Positions 1 through 11,551 of a stretch of DNA of 64,000 bases are shown here, in pieces (the stretch's first letter is position 1; the number at the start of each line of letters is the position of its first letter). The position numbers were made by a program, and so were the translations under genes. The notes under the pieces are model-generated. The model was not told the DNA's origin, searched no databases, and saw only the letters and a program-made list of their open reading frames with translations. The stretch lies in NCBI GenBank assembly GCA_030704615.1, contig CM060734.1, forward strand, positions 38,378,001 through 38,442,000, written 5' to 3'. Source of the DNA: Takakia lepidozioides (Eukaryota > Plantae > Bryophyta).

Positions 1-2012
1 CCACCAGTGGTGAGATCTCTGTGGATGTTTGCTTTGAATCTTAACTGACAACAAGTCTACGGTAGAGTTTCTTCTTTCAAGGAAAAGAAAAAAACAAGAA
101 AAAACCTTTGAAAGGTCCTTCTTGAAATCTGATGTCCAGCATCTTGGTCAACATGCATGCCAAGTACAGGAGTGTGGTGGATACACGCTTGACAACACAC
201 CTGAGTGAGATGTGTTTATCGACACCCATCTGTTTGGCTAATGCCACTCCAAGGCATAAGAAATCTGCAGTATAGCATTCAGCTCTCTTTGCTAGACTTC
301 TTGCTTTCAGATGGTATGAAGTACGGGCACTGATACTCTCATTGAAGGCGATAGTGACTGTGGTACTACATAAATGACGATGGGACTAGGCAAGTGAAAG
401 CAAAGAATTGATTGCAATGTCCATTCCCTGCAGGGAGCCTGGACAGCCCACTGCCCAGGGAGATGTCTAAAGACTGCCCTTTCTAAGGATCTCCATAACC
501 ATTCCTGTCAGATGAAACCAGACCCAGATGAAACAGCCCTCGTCTCTAGAAGGGCCTTAAACTGGTGTAGGCTCTTGCTCCAATTGTTTATCCTACACAC
601 TTCATCCTTAACAACTTATGTAGGTGGACACTTTATAACAACGGAAGTGGACTTGGCAACGCGGTTGCCCAACCCCCCAATTGAGGTACTTTGCCCAACC
701 AGTGGGCTACTTGCGGCTCAGCTATCAACCTTGCCATGAGGTACTGAGCCTAGGGCTCATGATCATGGGATACTGCCCAAGGGAAATGATCCCACATCTA
801 ACAATGTAACATGATTTGAACCAGAATCATGTACTTTAGGGCACTTCCAGACTAGTGACCGGACAAATGACTAAGCTCTATGATTGGTTGAAAATTGGGT
901 CTTGTCATCTACATGCTTTCAAGCTTTGTCCAGCGCCCAACATGCCCTGTCATTGCTCTATATTTGGAGAAGATTGAGGCGCTTGCCACTACCATGGTCC
1001 CAAATTTGTTGTGCTTTGTCCAATGAGGTCTCTGGACGGCTCTCTTCACCCCGTGTTTGGGCTCCATCTCCTCCCACCTTGCTCCGCAGCTCTTCTGTAG
1101 TGTGAAGGCATGAATCGTGAAGACTTGTCTCGAGGTGCATATAATGACAAGTTTGTAAGTCAGTTTTCCCAAAGCCTACATGACCTTCAAGACAGTCAGT
1201 GGAAAGCAAGTGTTGCAAGGAAAGCGCTTTCTGAAGGCTCCGTGACTGTGTGGAGTACATTCAACATGAAACCCTAAACAAAGAAGGGGAAAAAAAAGGT
1301 GTGAGATGCGTTCCAAAGGAAGCTTAATAATGTGTGCTCTCGATTCTTAAGGGTCTCTGCTTCCGCCTGGAAGTGTTGGTATCATGCCAGTGAGCACAAG
1401 CACGATCCACGGTTATAGGGGTAGTACGCTTGCAATGGATAGCACTCAGATATATCAAGTTTATGAGGGTATTGTTGGCGAAAAACTGAGAAAAAAAGAA
1501 AAATAAAAAGAAATGTTAGTTTCGCTAGAGAAACTCATTGAGCTCACCTAAGCATACACTTGAACTATTTTCACAATTTTGGTTGTGTGAGCATATTTTT
1601 GTTTCGCTGTAGAAAAATTTGGGAAACAAAAATATGCTCATGCAACCAAAATTGTGAAAAACAAATCAAAGTTGGAAACAAAAACCAAAAAAAAAAAATT
1701 GGGCTGGGCTGGGGTCAGGGCATGTCCAGCCCCAAGGGCCCGCCACTATTTTTCATTTTTTAGCACATGTCCGTTCGGCAACGCCCACTGGGCATTGACA
1801 ACCTCGACAAATTAGTGCTAATATAAAGTAATGTCGGTAGGGCATTGTGAACTTGGCATTCACAACCTCGACAAGTTAGTGTTAATTTTAAGTAATGGGC
1901 CGGATGACGTGCGGATGGATTGCAAGGTGGTTGAGTAAGGGATCAAGGATTTTCTTTTGTCGAAAGACAATACAATTGATGAAGAGGCATTGTAGATGCT
2001 GGCATATATACA

Positions 2013-2195
2013 AATATATATATATATATAACGCCTTCCGAAGGGAGCGTAACTTGTGGTGTCACTTCACCACAAGGGTTACTGCCTTCCAGTTGAAAGG
2101 TGGACACCTTCATGACAGACCAGACCGTGGTTTGAACCCACAACCACATCCAACGTGGTATGTGCCCATTACCACTGGGCTACATGCTGGTTGTC
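2013..2195 (-). mobile_element. tRNA-derived SINE
   Basis: Minus strand has A-box TAGCCCAGTGGTAA and B-box GGTTCAAACC, with a (TA)n tail. Flanking direct repeat GGCATATATACA at 2001-2012 and 2196-2207. Confidence 0.55.
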
Positions 2196-2655
2196 GGCAT
2201 ATATACATAGATACTAGGCTGTTCGCGTTGCTCTGCACTACTAGCAACGAATTCTGAGAACTACGTTCAATTTTCACAAAAAAGGGGTGAGTCATCCCCA
2301 CTGTGTTACATGCAGAGATCCCGTGTTTTATTCAATGTTCAATTTTCACAAGCTGCATCAATCAATGACAACATACCCCAATACCCTTACATTCACTATA
2401 TGAACTTTTCAAGCATCCACCGTGGGATTGGATCTTGGTGGGTTAAGGCTAGCTTTTGACAATATTCATGCAAGTTCGTCAAGGGCTCCATCCAAAGCTA
2501 CACCACGAGACACAACAAACATGTCCAAATTTAAGATGCTGAACAAACTTGTGCACAAGCCTGCCCCTCTCATCAAGCTCATTAAATTCGTATTCACTTC
2601 CATCTTGAAGCTTTGGAGAAGCTCCACCACCCAAACCCAGAATTAGGACATCACT

Positions 2656-4348
2656 CTATTTACCAAGCACGGGTGTGGTAGGAATGCTTTGGAGACCTAT
2701 AAGCAAATGCTGCACGAAAGGGTGAAGCCCAACCACATCACATTTGTTTGTGTTTACAATGCGTGTGCAAGCCGGGGAGCTCTGGAAAAGGGGAAAGAGG
2801 TTCATGGTGACATCGTCAAAGCTAGAATTGTACCAGATGTCATTCTGCAAATTGCTCTGGTGGACATGTATGCCAAATGTGGGTGCATTAAGGATGTGAA
2901 GGGAGTTTTCAACACTATGGCTGAACAAGATGTGGTGCCATTGGACGCGATGCTTCCAGGGTATGCACAGCAAGAACGTGGTATGGAGGCTTTGAAGACT
3001 TATGAACAAATGATAGGAGAAGGGGTGAAGCCCGACCACATCACATTTGGGTGGGTTTGCAATGCTTGTGCAAGACTGTCAGCTCTGGAAAGGGGCAAAG
3101 AAGTCCATGGCGACATCTTCAGAGCTGGAATTGTACCAACTGTCATTCTGAACAATACCCTGGTGGACATGGGGTCATTGCAAGGTATGCACAGCAGGGA
3201 CGTGCTTTGGAGACCTATGAGCAAATGATGTGCAACGGGGTGAAGCCCGACCACATCACGTTTGTGTGCGTTTGCAGTGCGTGTGCAAGCCTGACAGCCC
3301 TGGAAAAGGGCGAAGAGGTGCATGGCGACATCGTCAGAGCTGGAATTGTACCAGATGTGATCCGAACTCTTCCCCTGGGGACATGTTGCCAAATGGGGTG
3401 CATGGAGGATGCAAAGGGAGTGTTCGACAATATGGCTGAATGAGATGTGGCGTCGTGGAATGCAATGATCGCAAGATATGCACAACATGGTTGTCATAGG
3501 GAGGTCCTGCAACTATTTGAAGGAATGCAAAAGAACGGCTTGAAGCAGTATGTGTTCTCTCTGCATGCATCCACACTGGCCTTTTGAATGAAGGTAGACG
3601 CTACTTCGATTCCCTGATTTAAGATCATGGTGTCACTCCGATAGTATAACACTTTGGCTGCATGGTGGACCTTCTTGGACGTGCGGGACAATTGGATGAG
3701 GCAGTGGACCTGATTAATAAAATGCCAATCAATCCAGATGTTGTGGTGTGGAAGGCCTTGTTTAGTGCCGTAGAATCCATGACAATGTAAGATGGCTCAA
3801 CGTGCGGCAACATCTATCCTCAAGTGGGATGAACAGGATGTCACGACTTTGTTGCTATCAAACATCTATGCTGCAGCTGGCATGTGGGTTTGATACTGTA
3901 AAGGTGAAAGAATGATGAAGGTCAGAGGGTTGAAAAAGAGCCGGCTCGCTCCTGCGTTGAGGTTTGCAACAGGGTGCACACCTTCGTTGTAGATGACAAG
4001 TTGCATCTAGAATAGGAAATCCAATGCTGAGCTGAGAAGATTGGTCTGGGAAGATGAAGGAAGCGGGTATGTGCCTGACAACGCTTTTTGTATTGCATGA
4101 TGTGGGGAGGAGGAAAAGAAATTTTCTCTTTGCCACCACAGTGAGAAGCTAGCCATTGGTTTTGGGCTGATCAGCATGACCCCTAGACGGCCTCTCCGTC
4201 TCATCAAGAATCTTCGAGTGTTGTTGTTGACTGCCACACCTCCACCAAATTCATCTCAAAGATTGTTGGCCGAGCACTTGTTATACGGGACGCTAACCGC
4301 TTTCACCACTTTGAAGATGGGATTTGTTCTTGTGGTGATTACTGGTGA
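2656..4348 (+). pseudogene. PLS-class PPR-E-DYW (C-to-U RNA editing factor) pseudogene, 5' truncated
   Basis: Repeated P-L-S motifs (VKPDHITF..CA...ALEKGKEVH, ALVDMYAKCG, DVVSWNAMI). E domain ([13 protein letters not shown]), PG-box-like KKEP..S.VEV..RVHTF, HSEKLA, KNLRV..DCH, and [16 protein letters not shown] ending 4348. Many frameshifts and stops. Confidence 0.93.
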
Positions 4349-4597
4349 GATGGTCTTCTTGGGAAATAGATGTGAGTGTCTTGCTTCATTCATTGATCTG
4401 TGACATAGCTACTCACACCATCCACCATTTCCCAAAAGTATTGACCATGATGTACAGTTGAGGCATTTCCTGTGCCATAAATCCATTGGAAATGATAGTG
4501 GGGTCTACCCGGCATAGGTGGGAAGTCGGCCCATGATTGCACTTGACTGAAGGGGTGATTTTTTACTGATTCTGGTGACAGTGGATGGAAAACATGA

Positions 4598-5010
4598 TCA
4601 AACATCGTTGAGGCATTCTGTTAACACTTGGTGAGCATCCATGATGCTCCCACACTTAACATACATGTTGACAAAGGAGTTGAGTAGAAAAAAAAATTGA
4701 CGTGAATCCACTTTGGATAATGTGAGTGTGCACCTGCTTTCCAGCTTCCAGACCTCCCATCTGGATGCACTTAAGCAAGAGATAAGCATACGTATTTGAA
4801 TCTGCTGAAATGCCTCCTTGGTTTGTAGTCTGTAGAGCCTCTGCCAGTCTGCCTATCGCACGAAGTATTTTCACATGCCCAGAAGTGCCAGAAGAGGTAT
4901 TGTGGACTCCCTCTTGATCCTCTTTCAGAAGCTGTGGCCCCATGAGGTGCCTGATGTCATCAACTGTGCCGCTGCAACAACTATTGCATTCAGTTGACCA
5001 TCTACCATAT
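4598..5010 (-). pseudogene. PPR gene N-terminal fragment preceded by a PDF-motif tail (VDGQL)
   Basis: GRLAEALQ..NQGGISADSNTYAYLLLKC..GKQVHTHIIQSG, NSFVNMYVKCGSIMDAHQV. Paralogous to 58860-59140. Confidence 0.8.
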
Positions 5011-5450
5011 AAAGGTGATATTGTCCGGCTTCAAGCCGTTCTTTTACATTCCTTCAAATAGTTGCAGGACCTCCCTATGACAACCATGTTGGGCATATCC
5101 TGCGATCATTGAATTCCACGACACCACATTTCGTTCAGTCATCCTGTCGAACACTCCCTTTGCATCCTCGATGTACTCATATTTGACATACAGGTCCAGC
5201 AGGGCAGTGTTCAGGATGACATCTGGTACAAATCCAGCTTTGACGATGTCACCATGGACCTCATTGCACCTTTCCAAGGCTGCTAGGCTTGCACAAGTAT
5301 TGCAAACGCAAACAAATGTGATGTGGTTGGGCTTCACCCTTTCGCACATCAATTGCTCATAGGTCTCTAAAGCCTCCATCCCGCCCCTTGTTGTGCATAT
5401 CTTGCAATCATCGCACTCCACGACACCACATTTCTTTCAGCCATACTGTC
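5011..5450 (-). pseudogene. PLS PPR fragment, cut at 5450 by a Ty3 insertion
   Basis: ORF 5044-5421 has PLS motifs. The fragment begins GACA-GTATGGCTGAA (D-S-M-A-E). Confidence 0.88.
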
Positions 5451-5815
5451 TGTCATGGTTTTAGTCATGGTTATCTAGAATTACCTACTTCTAGTTAACT
5501 AGGACATTTTAGATATTTATATTTATATTTTGTGTGTTGGGACTTCATTTGGTCTCACATGCCAAGTGAGATGTCGAGCCTCACTTGGGACATGAGGATA
5601 GGTTTTCCACTTGTGAGGATGGAGGAAGCTCATCTTCTTGTAGTTGAGCCTCCATGAGTCTTTCTCACCTCCATAGCTCTAGGTATTGAGAGGGAGTGTG
5701 GTGAGGGCTTTGTAGGGTGGATTCCCTTAGCAAGGGTGCCCTTGGCTTGACTTAGTTTATGTGATTGAGTGGATTCATGAGTGGAGGGTTTCCATTATGT
5801 TCACTTCCATTATCA
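5451..5815 (+). repeat. 5' terminal repeat segment Y of family A
   Basis: TGTC...CATTATCA. Not preceded or followed by segment X, and no canonical TGG tRNA PBS follows. Confidence 0.85.
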
Positions 5816-6078
5816 CTACAAGAAGATCACCTTATGCTTGTGAGTGTGGAGTGTAAGGATAGTTTTGCACTTGTGTTGGTGTACACCAAGGAGTGAGCAA
5901 GCTAGGGAAAGCTCAGATATCTCACAAGGCTTGCAAAGTGTTGCAAGGGACATTGTGTTTGCATTGCATCAAAGAGGTGGAGAGCTCAAGGAGAGAGCTC
6001 TTGAGTTACAAGACTTTATTGCAGGGAGAAAGCTTGTGTGTGTGGAAGCAAAAGGTTTGAAAGTTTGAGAAGAATGAG

Positions 6079-6763
6079 AAGGACGGATCATTACGCATGT
6101 GTGTCGACTATCGCGGTCTCAACAAAGTCACAATCAAGAATCGTTATCCGTTGCCGCTGATTTCTGGGCTTCTCAACCAGCTGGGACGAGCAAAGATTTT
6201 CAGCAAAATCAACTTGAGATGAGCTTATAACCTTGTACAGATAAAAGAAGGAGACGAATGGAAAATAGCTTTTCGAGCAAGGTATGGACATTTTGAATAC
6301 AGTGTTATGCCTTTCGGTCTTACAAATGCTCCAGCAATTTTCCAACATATGATGAATGACATCTTTCGAGAATTTTTAGATGACTTTGTAGTCATCTATT
6401 TGGACGACATTTTGATATTTTCACAGAATGAAGAAAAACATGGCCGCCATGTACGCCTTGTCCTTGATAAATTAAGAGAAAAATGACTATATGCCAAGTT
6501 GGAGAAATGTCTTTTCCATCAATCTAAGGTCGAATTTCTGGGCTACATTATTTCCGACAAATGCGTCTTTATGGATCAGAAGAAAATACAGACCATCATC
6601 GAGTGGATTAAACCAACTTCGGTCCGAGATGTACAATGTTTTCTGGGCTTTGCAAATTTCTATAGAATCTTCATCAATAATTACTCCAAAATTGTTGCAC
6701 CATTGACACGACTCACAGGGAAGAGAAGGCTGAACAGGCATTTACAACGGCTCCTATACTGGT
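6079..6763 (+). pseudogene. Chromovirus reverse transcriptase (partial)
   Basis: [56 protein letters not shown], ending FTTAPILV. Confidence 0.93.
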
Positions 6764-7182
6764 CAGCGTAGCTACGGCGTGAGCCCAGCCCCGTGAGCCT
6801 GGGAGCTGAGCTCACGTTCAAGCTTTGAAGCGTGAGCTGAGCTCACGCTTCAGGGAAGCGTGAGCGGCATGAATCTGCTGGAGAAGCAGGTCCTATAGGC
6901 GAGGATTGCAGGAAGAGGGCCTATTACCGTGGACAAAACAAAGGAGGCCACCATGCACCATGTCTGCAATGCGTGCCAAAAAAGAGGAATATGTAAACAT
7001 GTCAGATTTGAGCTCAGAATGATTGACACAGTTTATTTCAATTCACAGAGAGACGCTTACAATGAATCGCAAGTGCATTTGCCCTCACAAGTGAACGAAA
7101 TGTATATGTTTGTCATAAAATGAAAAGTCTTCACACGGCAACCTGGAAACCAGCATGGGAAGCGGGCATGGCTCGTATGTGT

Positions 7183-10100
7183 TCAAAGAGAAGTTGGCGG
7201 AGCTCTACGCGAGGTGTCCCGCTGCAGAAGGGTGATGACTTCTCCGTAGCCTAGTGTGGCTTGGTGAATGAATTGGTCTCTCTTACCGTCGCAACACATA
7301 ATTACAAGGTATATGTAATATTGATGCTTGCAGGGGACCCACTTCCCTCTCATGCGAGAGCGCCCTCACGCATCGTTACAAAATCCGGACAAGTGCACGA
7401 TGGGAAATTCCCAATGGTAACTTGATATTCTTTGGCATGAAGAACTGAGCCAATTGACAGCACTGTGTAAATCCGTCCATACCCCGGGGAAGGGACTTCG
7501 GTGATACGAGCCACCGTAGCCTGCAAAATTCTAGCCGATTCCATCTTGCATTCGTGATCTGCACCCGAAGCAACACGGCGCACTGTTTTTCCATCTCTTT
7601 TTGTTGGGTGGGAGTTGGCACCGGGTGGAGGCATTGTCGGAGCATGTGGCACATCTGTGCCGACAGTGCATAAGGGCACCACCCGGGACCGTGCAAGACA
7701 AAACCCTCCCTCCTCCAGCATGCTTATCTCGGTTGAGGACAGCGATGTCCCAATTTGCACAGGCCAAATTGCGGGGGAGGGGGCTTCATTATCACGGAAG
7801 GACGAACTGTTCCCTTCACGCATCGTGCCATATCGTCTGGGCAGAACCAAAACTTGTGCTCTTTTGACTCCCCACTATGATAAGGTCGGAACAACCCTGT
7901 GAATGTTGGAGCTGGAGTCCCCCTGGAGCCTTTGCATATTTTTGATTTGCATTTCTTGAAAAGAGGGGTCCGAATTGCCATGCAAGCCACTCTAGATCCT
8001 GGTGGGGTGCGTTCTATATGCCAGTCACTATCAATGCAATCAGATTCCTGCACCATGGCCACCACCTCCTCCAATGGGATTTCCGCTGCTATGCTTGCAT
8101 GTTCCGCACCTGCTCCACAGGAGGAGGACCCACCTGGGAAGGGGCCGGCACAGGACTTAGTCTGCACTGGAGACACCTTTGGCACAGAGAAATTGACCCT
8201 GTCTGGCCTATGGGAATCTCCATCTGACCCTGGAAGAGTGTTTAATTTCCTTTTGCATGATCCAAATCTTTCCTCGCCTTCCAAATGGGGGAGCCTGGAT
8301 TGCAGAGGGGAACCTTCAGTGCACCTGTTTAGAGCTCTGGCCATCTTTGACGGGTCTCCGGACCTACTCGCAGCCCTTAGCATCAACAAAGTCGAATCGG
8401 GGCCCTTCCCTCCACCCCGTCCCATCAGAAAAAACCCGGTACCTGGTTTGTTGTGTAAGTGCCCGCACCATGTCATCAGCAGTGGCCACATACAAGTCAC
8501 GACCTGCTTTGGTAGACTGTTGCATCCAGGCGTTGTGAACAGTCTCTGCCAAATTACACGATGGCATGTCGGCCAAGTCCTCCAAGGACATGTCCTGCAG
8601 GAGGCATTGCATGGAAATGTGAGGAAGGAAAAGAAATGGTAGAGGTTATTCAAGTGACAATCGAACAACCCCAAATGAACAGGCACGATGCAAAGTGCAA
8701 TTTGTGTTTAAGGAAAACTTGTGAGGCTTACCGTCGTCATGAAAGCTCCCCACTGTCTGTACCTGAAGTGCCAGAAAACCAACCAGTCCTCCAACTCCTT
8801 CAGGTGGATACCTGTAGCAGCACCAGCGGAGAACCACCAAGCCCGGATTGCCTGGTAAGTGCTCTCTGCTTCTCCCATTGAGGTGGCATTCTTGTACTTC
8901 AGACAGAGCCTTCTATGCTCCAACTGAAGGTCAGGGCGAATGCAGCGCTTTGTATGACGTGCCAGAGATTGACTCCAATGGAAGAGGCATGTGCGCTCCC
9001 TATTTTCCATGGGGACCTTAGGATCCCCAGAACCAAACACGCGCCGCACTGCATTGAAATTTGCCTGTGCACTATCAGCCATGAAGCCCGCAAAGTTTGT
9101 GTTCTGTATTCCATTGCGCTGCATGACGGTCAGGAGGGATTCCACATGAGCATCTGGGATTCAGTGTCCTCCGACTGCATATCACAAATTGCTATGGAGA
9201 GCACACGCTGGTACGCTGGATCATACACATGGCACGCCATGGTTGTCCAACCCTTCACCCGTTTGCAGTGATCAAACATTAACCAACATTTAGCCAAATC
9301 TCCTCCAGGTTGCATTCGGCGGACAATGCTCACACCCTGCCTTGGCCCACAGCGGACATCTTGAACAAATACACTTTGGACGAGCCCTGGCCAGGGAACA
9401 TACTGTTTTGAATGAATTCATAGCGACTCCTCCGTTTGAGGTCCATAATGTTGTCCATGAATCCAGCAGTGCCTGTGCCCATTCTGAGTGCATTCACCTG
9501 GTTTCGAATATTGGGAGAGCTCAACACGGAGAAATGGTCCATGACTGCCTCAAGGGAATCTGCATCCAGCATTGGCTGTGTCGAATCCCCTTCACCCAGT
9601 ATGTGTTTTTCCAGGAATGCCTTGCTAGCTGCAAGCGCTATAGCAGAAGGTGTTGCAGAAGGGGCATTATGGAACTCTTGCTTCAGTAGATTTCTAGCGA
9701 TGTCCACGCTATCCCTGCAACTCCCTTTGGACACAGGATGCTCGTGTGCACCCATATGAATGCAGGCACGAGTCATTGTCTTGCATCGATGTGCCACCTG
9801 ATACATACGAGCGTGGCAAACAGAAACACAGGACGGGGAAAGTTTGCAGAACCTGCACACAAAAGTATTGGTATTGGGAGGTGCAAGCCCTGGGGTGAAA
9901 GGATTCAGGGGCACACCTTCCCACTCACTTTCGTTTGGCTGAGCGCTGTTTCTCAGCCGAGGGCAAGAAATATTCAGGCACTTGCAATGCCCAACGCAAA
10001 CCGACCTCCGAAATTTCAAGCCAATGTCGTTATGGATGTTCGAAGTTTTTGTCCTGCACCAAGGATGTCCGTCATGTTTCTTGTCCATGCCCTGCAGAAG

Positions 10101-10749
10101 CCCAGCCAGTCCACTGGAAGACGTGGGAGGGTTGAGCTCAAACAAGATGTCCCCATCAAACTGAGCTGGCACGTATTGAACACGTTGCACTGGAAGGGAC
10201 TCCCAATCAACAAAACGTAGCTCGCTTGCACCCAGGCACACCTGCGAGGGCTTTCAATTTTGGAATGACACTTGTTATCTCGCGCAATTCGTCATCATCC
10301 AATAAGGGAGTTTGCACTGGCGGAGGAATCTCAGAAACATCCTCCGAGGACGAGTCCGAAAGAGTAACGAAGGTAGTGGATGTGCTCACCTCTTGTTTCA
10401 CAGGAACTGTGCCCTTCTGTTGCACGACCGATGCTGCAGTGCCAGGGGTAACGACTGATCCTGCTGATTGTCTTCTCTCTTTTCCAAGGACACGGTATGT
10501 TCCTGGAAGGACTCTCCACTTCCTTCCACACTCGCCAACCAAGGGTTTCTCCAAGTGCCCAGAATCCAAATTCCCATCCTCGTCATACACCTCTTTCTGA
10601 ACAAGCAGAGAACCCAACTCCAGCGGGAACACTGTAACCAGCTCATCCTCATGAACAACTGCATACCCATCGTCGTCTGCAGTGGCAGTCAGTGGAAGAG
10701 TACCTGCATTGGAATGGAATCGAGCGAGTGCATCTCGCTCCCTCGACAT
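7183..10749 (-). pseudogene. MULE transposase: GCM/WRKY-like DNA-binding domain + DDE core + Cys-rich segment + SWIM; one intron (~8615-8730)
   Basis: DGHPWCRTK..C.GH.KC...HMGAHEHP; LMFDHCKR, FMADSAQANFNAV, CLFHW, NLAETVH; CTCPDF..PCKH. A few frameshifts and stops. Confidence 0.88.
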
Positions 10750-11551
10750 GTTTTCCAGCACTGAACGAAACTGCCGATGCAGAACGGAATCCCCGAACTG
10801 AGAGCCCGTAATTATCGAAAGTGGAAATACCACCAGCAAACTGAGGTCAACAAGGGTAGCACCAAACCCAAGGCTGCCGGCGATGCATGCCAAGGATGTA
10901 GGGATGACGTGCACATTCACCTCCCACCAACCAGAAAAACGGTTTTGAAAGACCAGAGCCACAAGAAGCCGTACTGTTTTTGGATGGAAAACAAACCCTG
11001 AAATTGACATGAAACCATCCATTATGAAATGACGGCAACAACCCTGGAGAGCAGTAAAACAGGAAGATCCGATTGTAATGAGATTGTGTTGCGCCAGAAT
11101 AGCACAGAACAAACACCGACACTTCAAGAGATACCTCGCACGAATGTGTGCAACACATGGTCATATCCGACACAATCCTTTATACCGAATGACCCCGGGG
11201 TCACGGTCACGGCATAAAAAAAAACCACAGGGCATGCAGCACAACACACGTGGATGCATATGTGAAGCATAACAATTATTGCGAATCTGGAAGAACTGCT
11301 CGGAATTGAAAAAGCACTACATTTCTACGGCGCATTCGAATTTGAAAGAAGGCAAGGAGGCCGCCATGTATTGGCAGGCGGCGAAGCACATCTGACATAT
11401 ATCGCAAATGCATGCAACGGATATTCTTTTTCTTCGGCGCTTTATTAGCTGGGTAATACAAAGACGACAAAATGGATGAATTCCGTTCGCACACAATATC
11501 AACACCCGCATCCAAATACGGTTGACAACGTCATTTTTATTTTTGTTACTC

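Noticed and set aside
1-1900. Host gene in ORFs 512-1260; ~65-bp duplication at ~1790-1897
   Set aside because: No recognisable motifs, and the short duplication is unremarkable.
2656-4348. Functional editing factor or U-to-C (KP-type) DYW
   Set aside because: Multiple stops and frameshifts, and the HSEKLA/DYW motifs are the standard C-to-U type.
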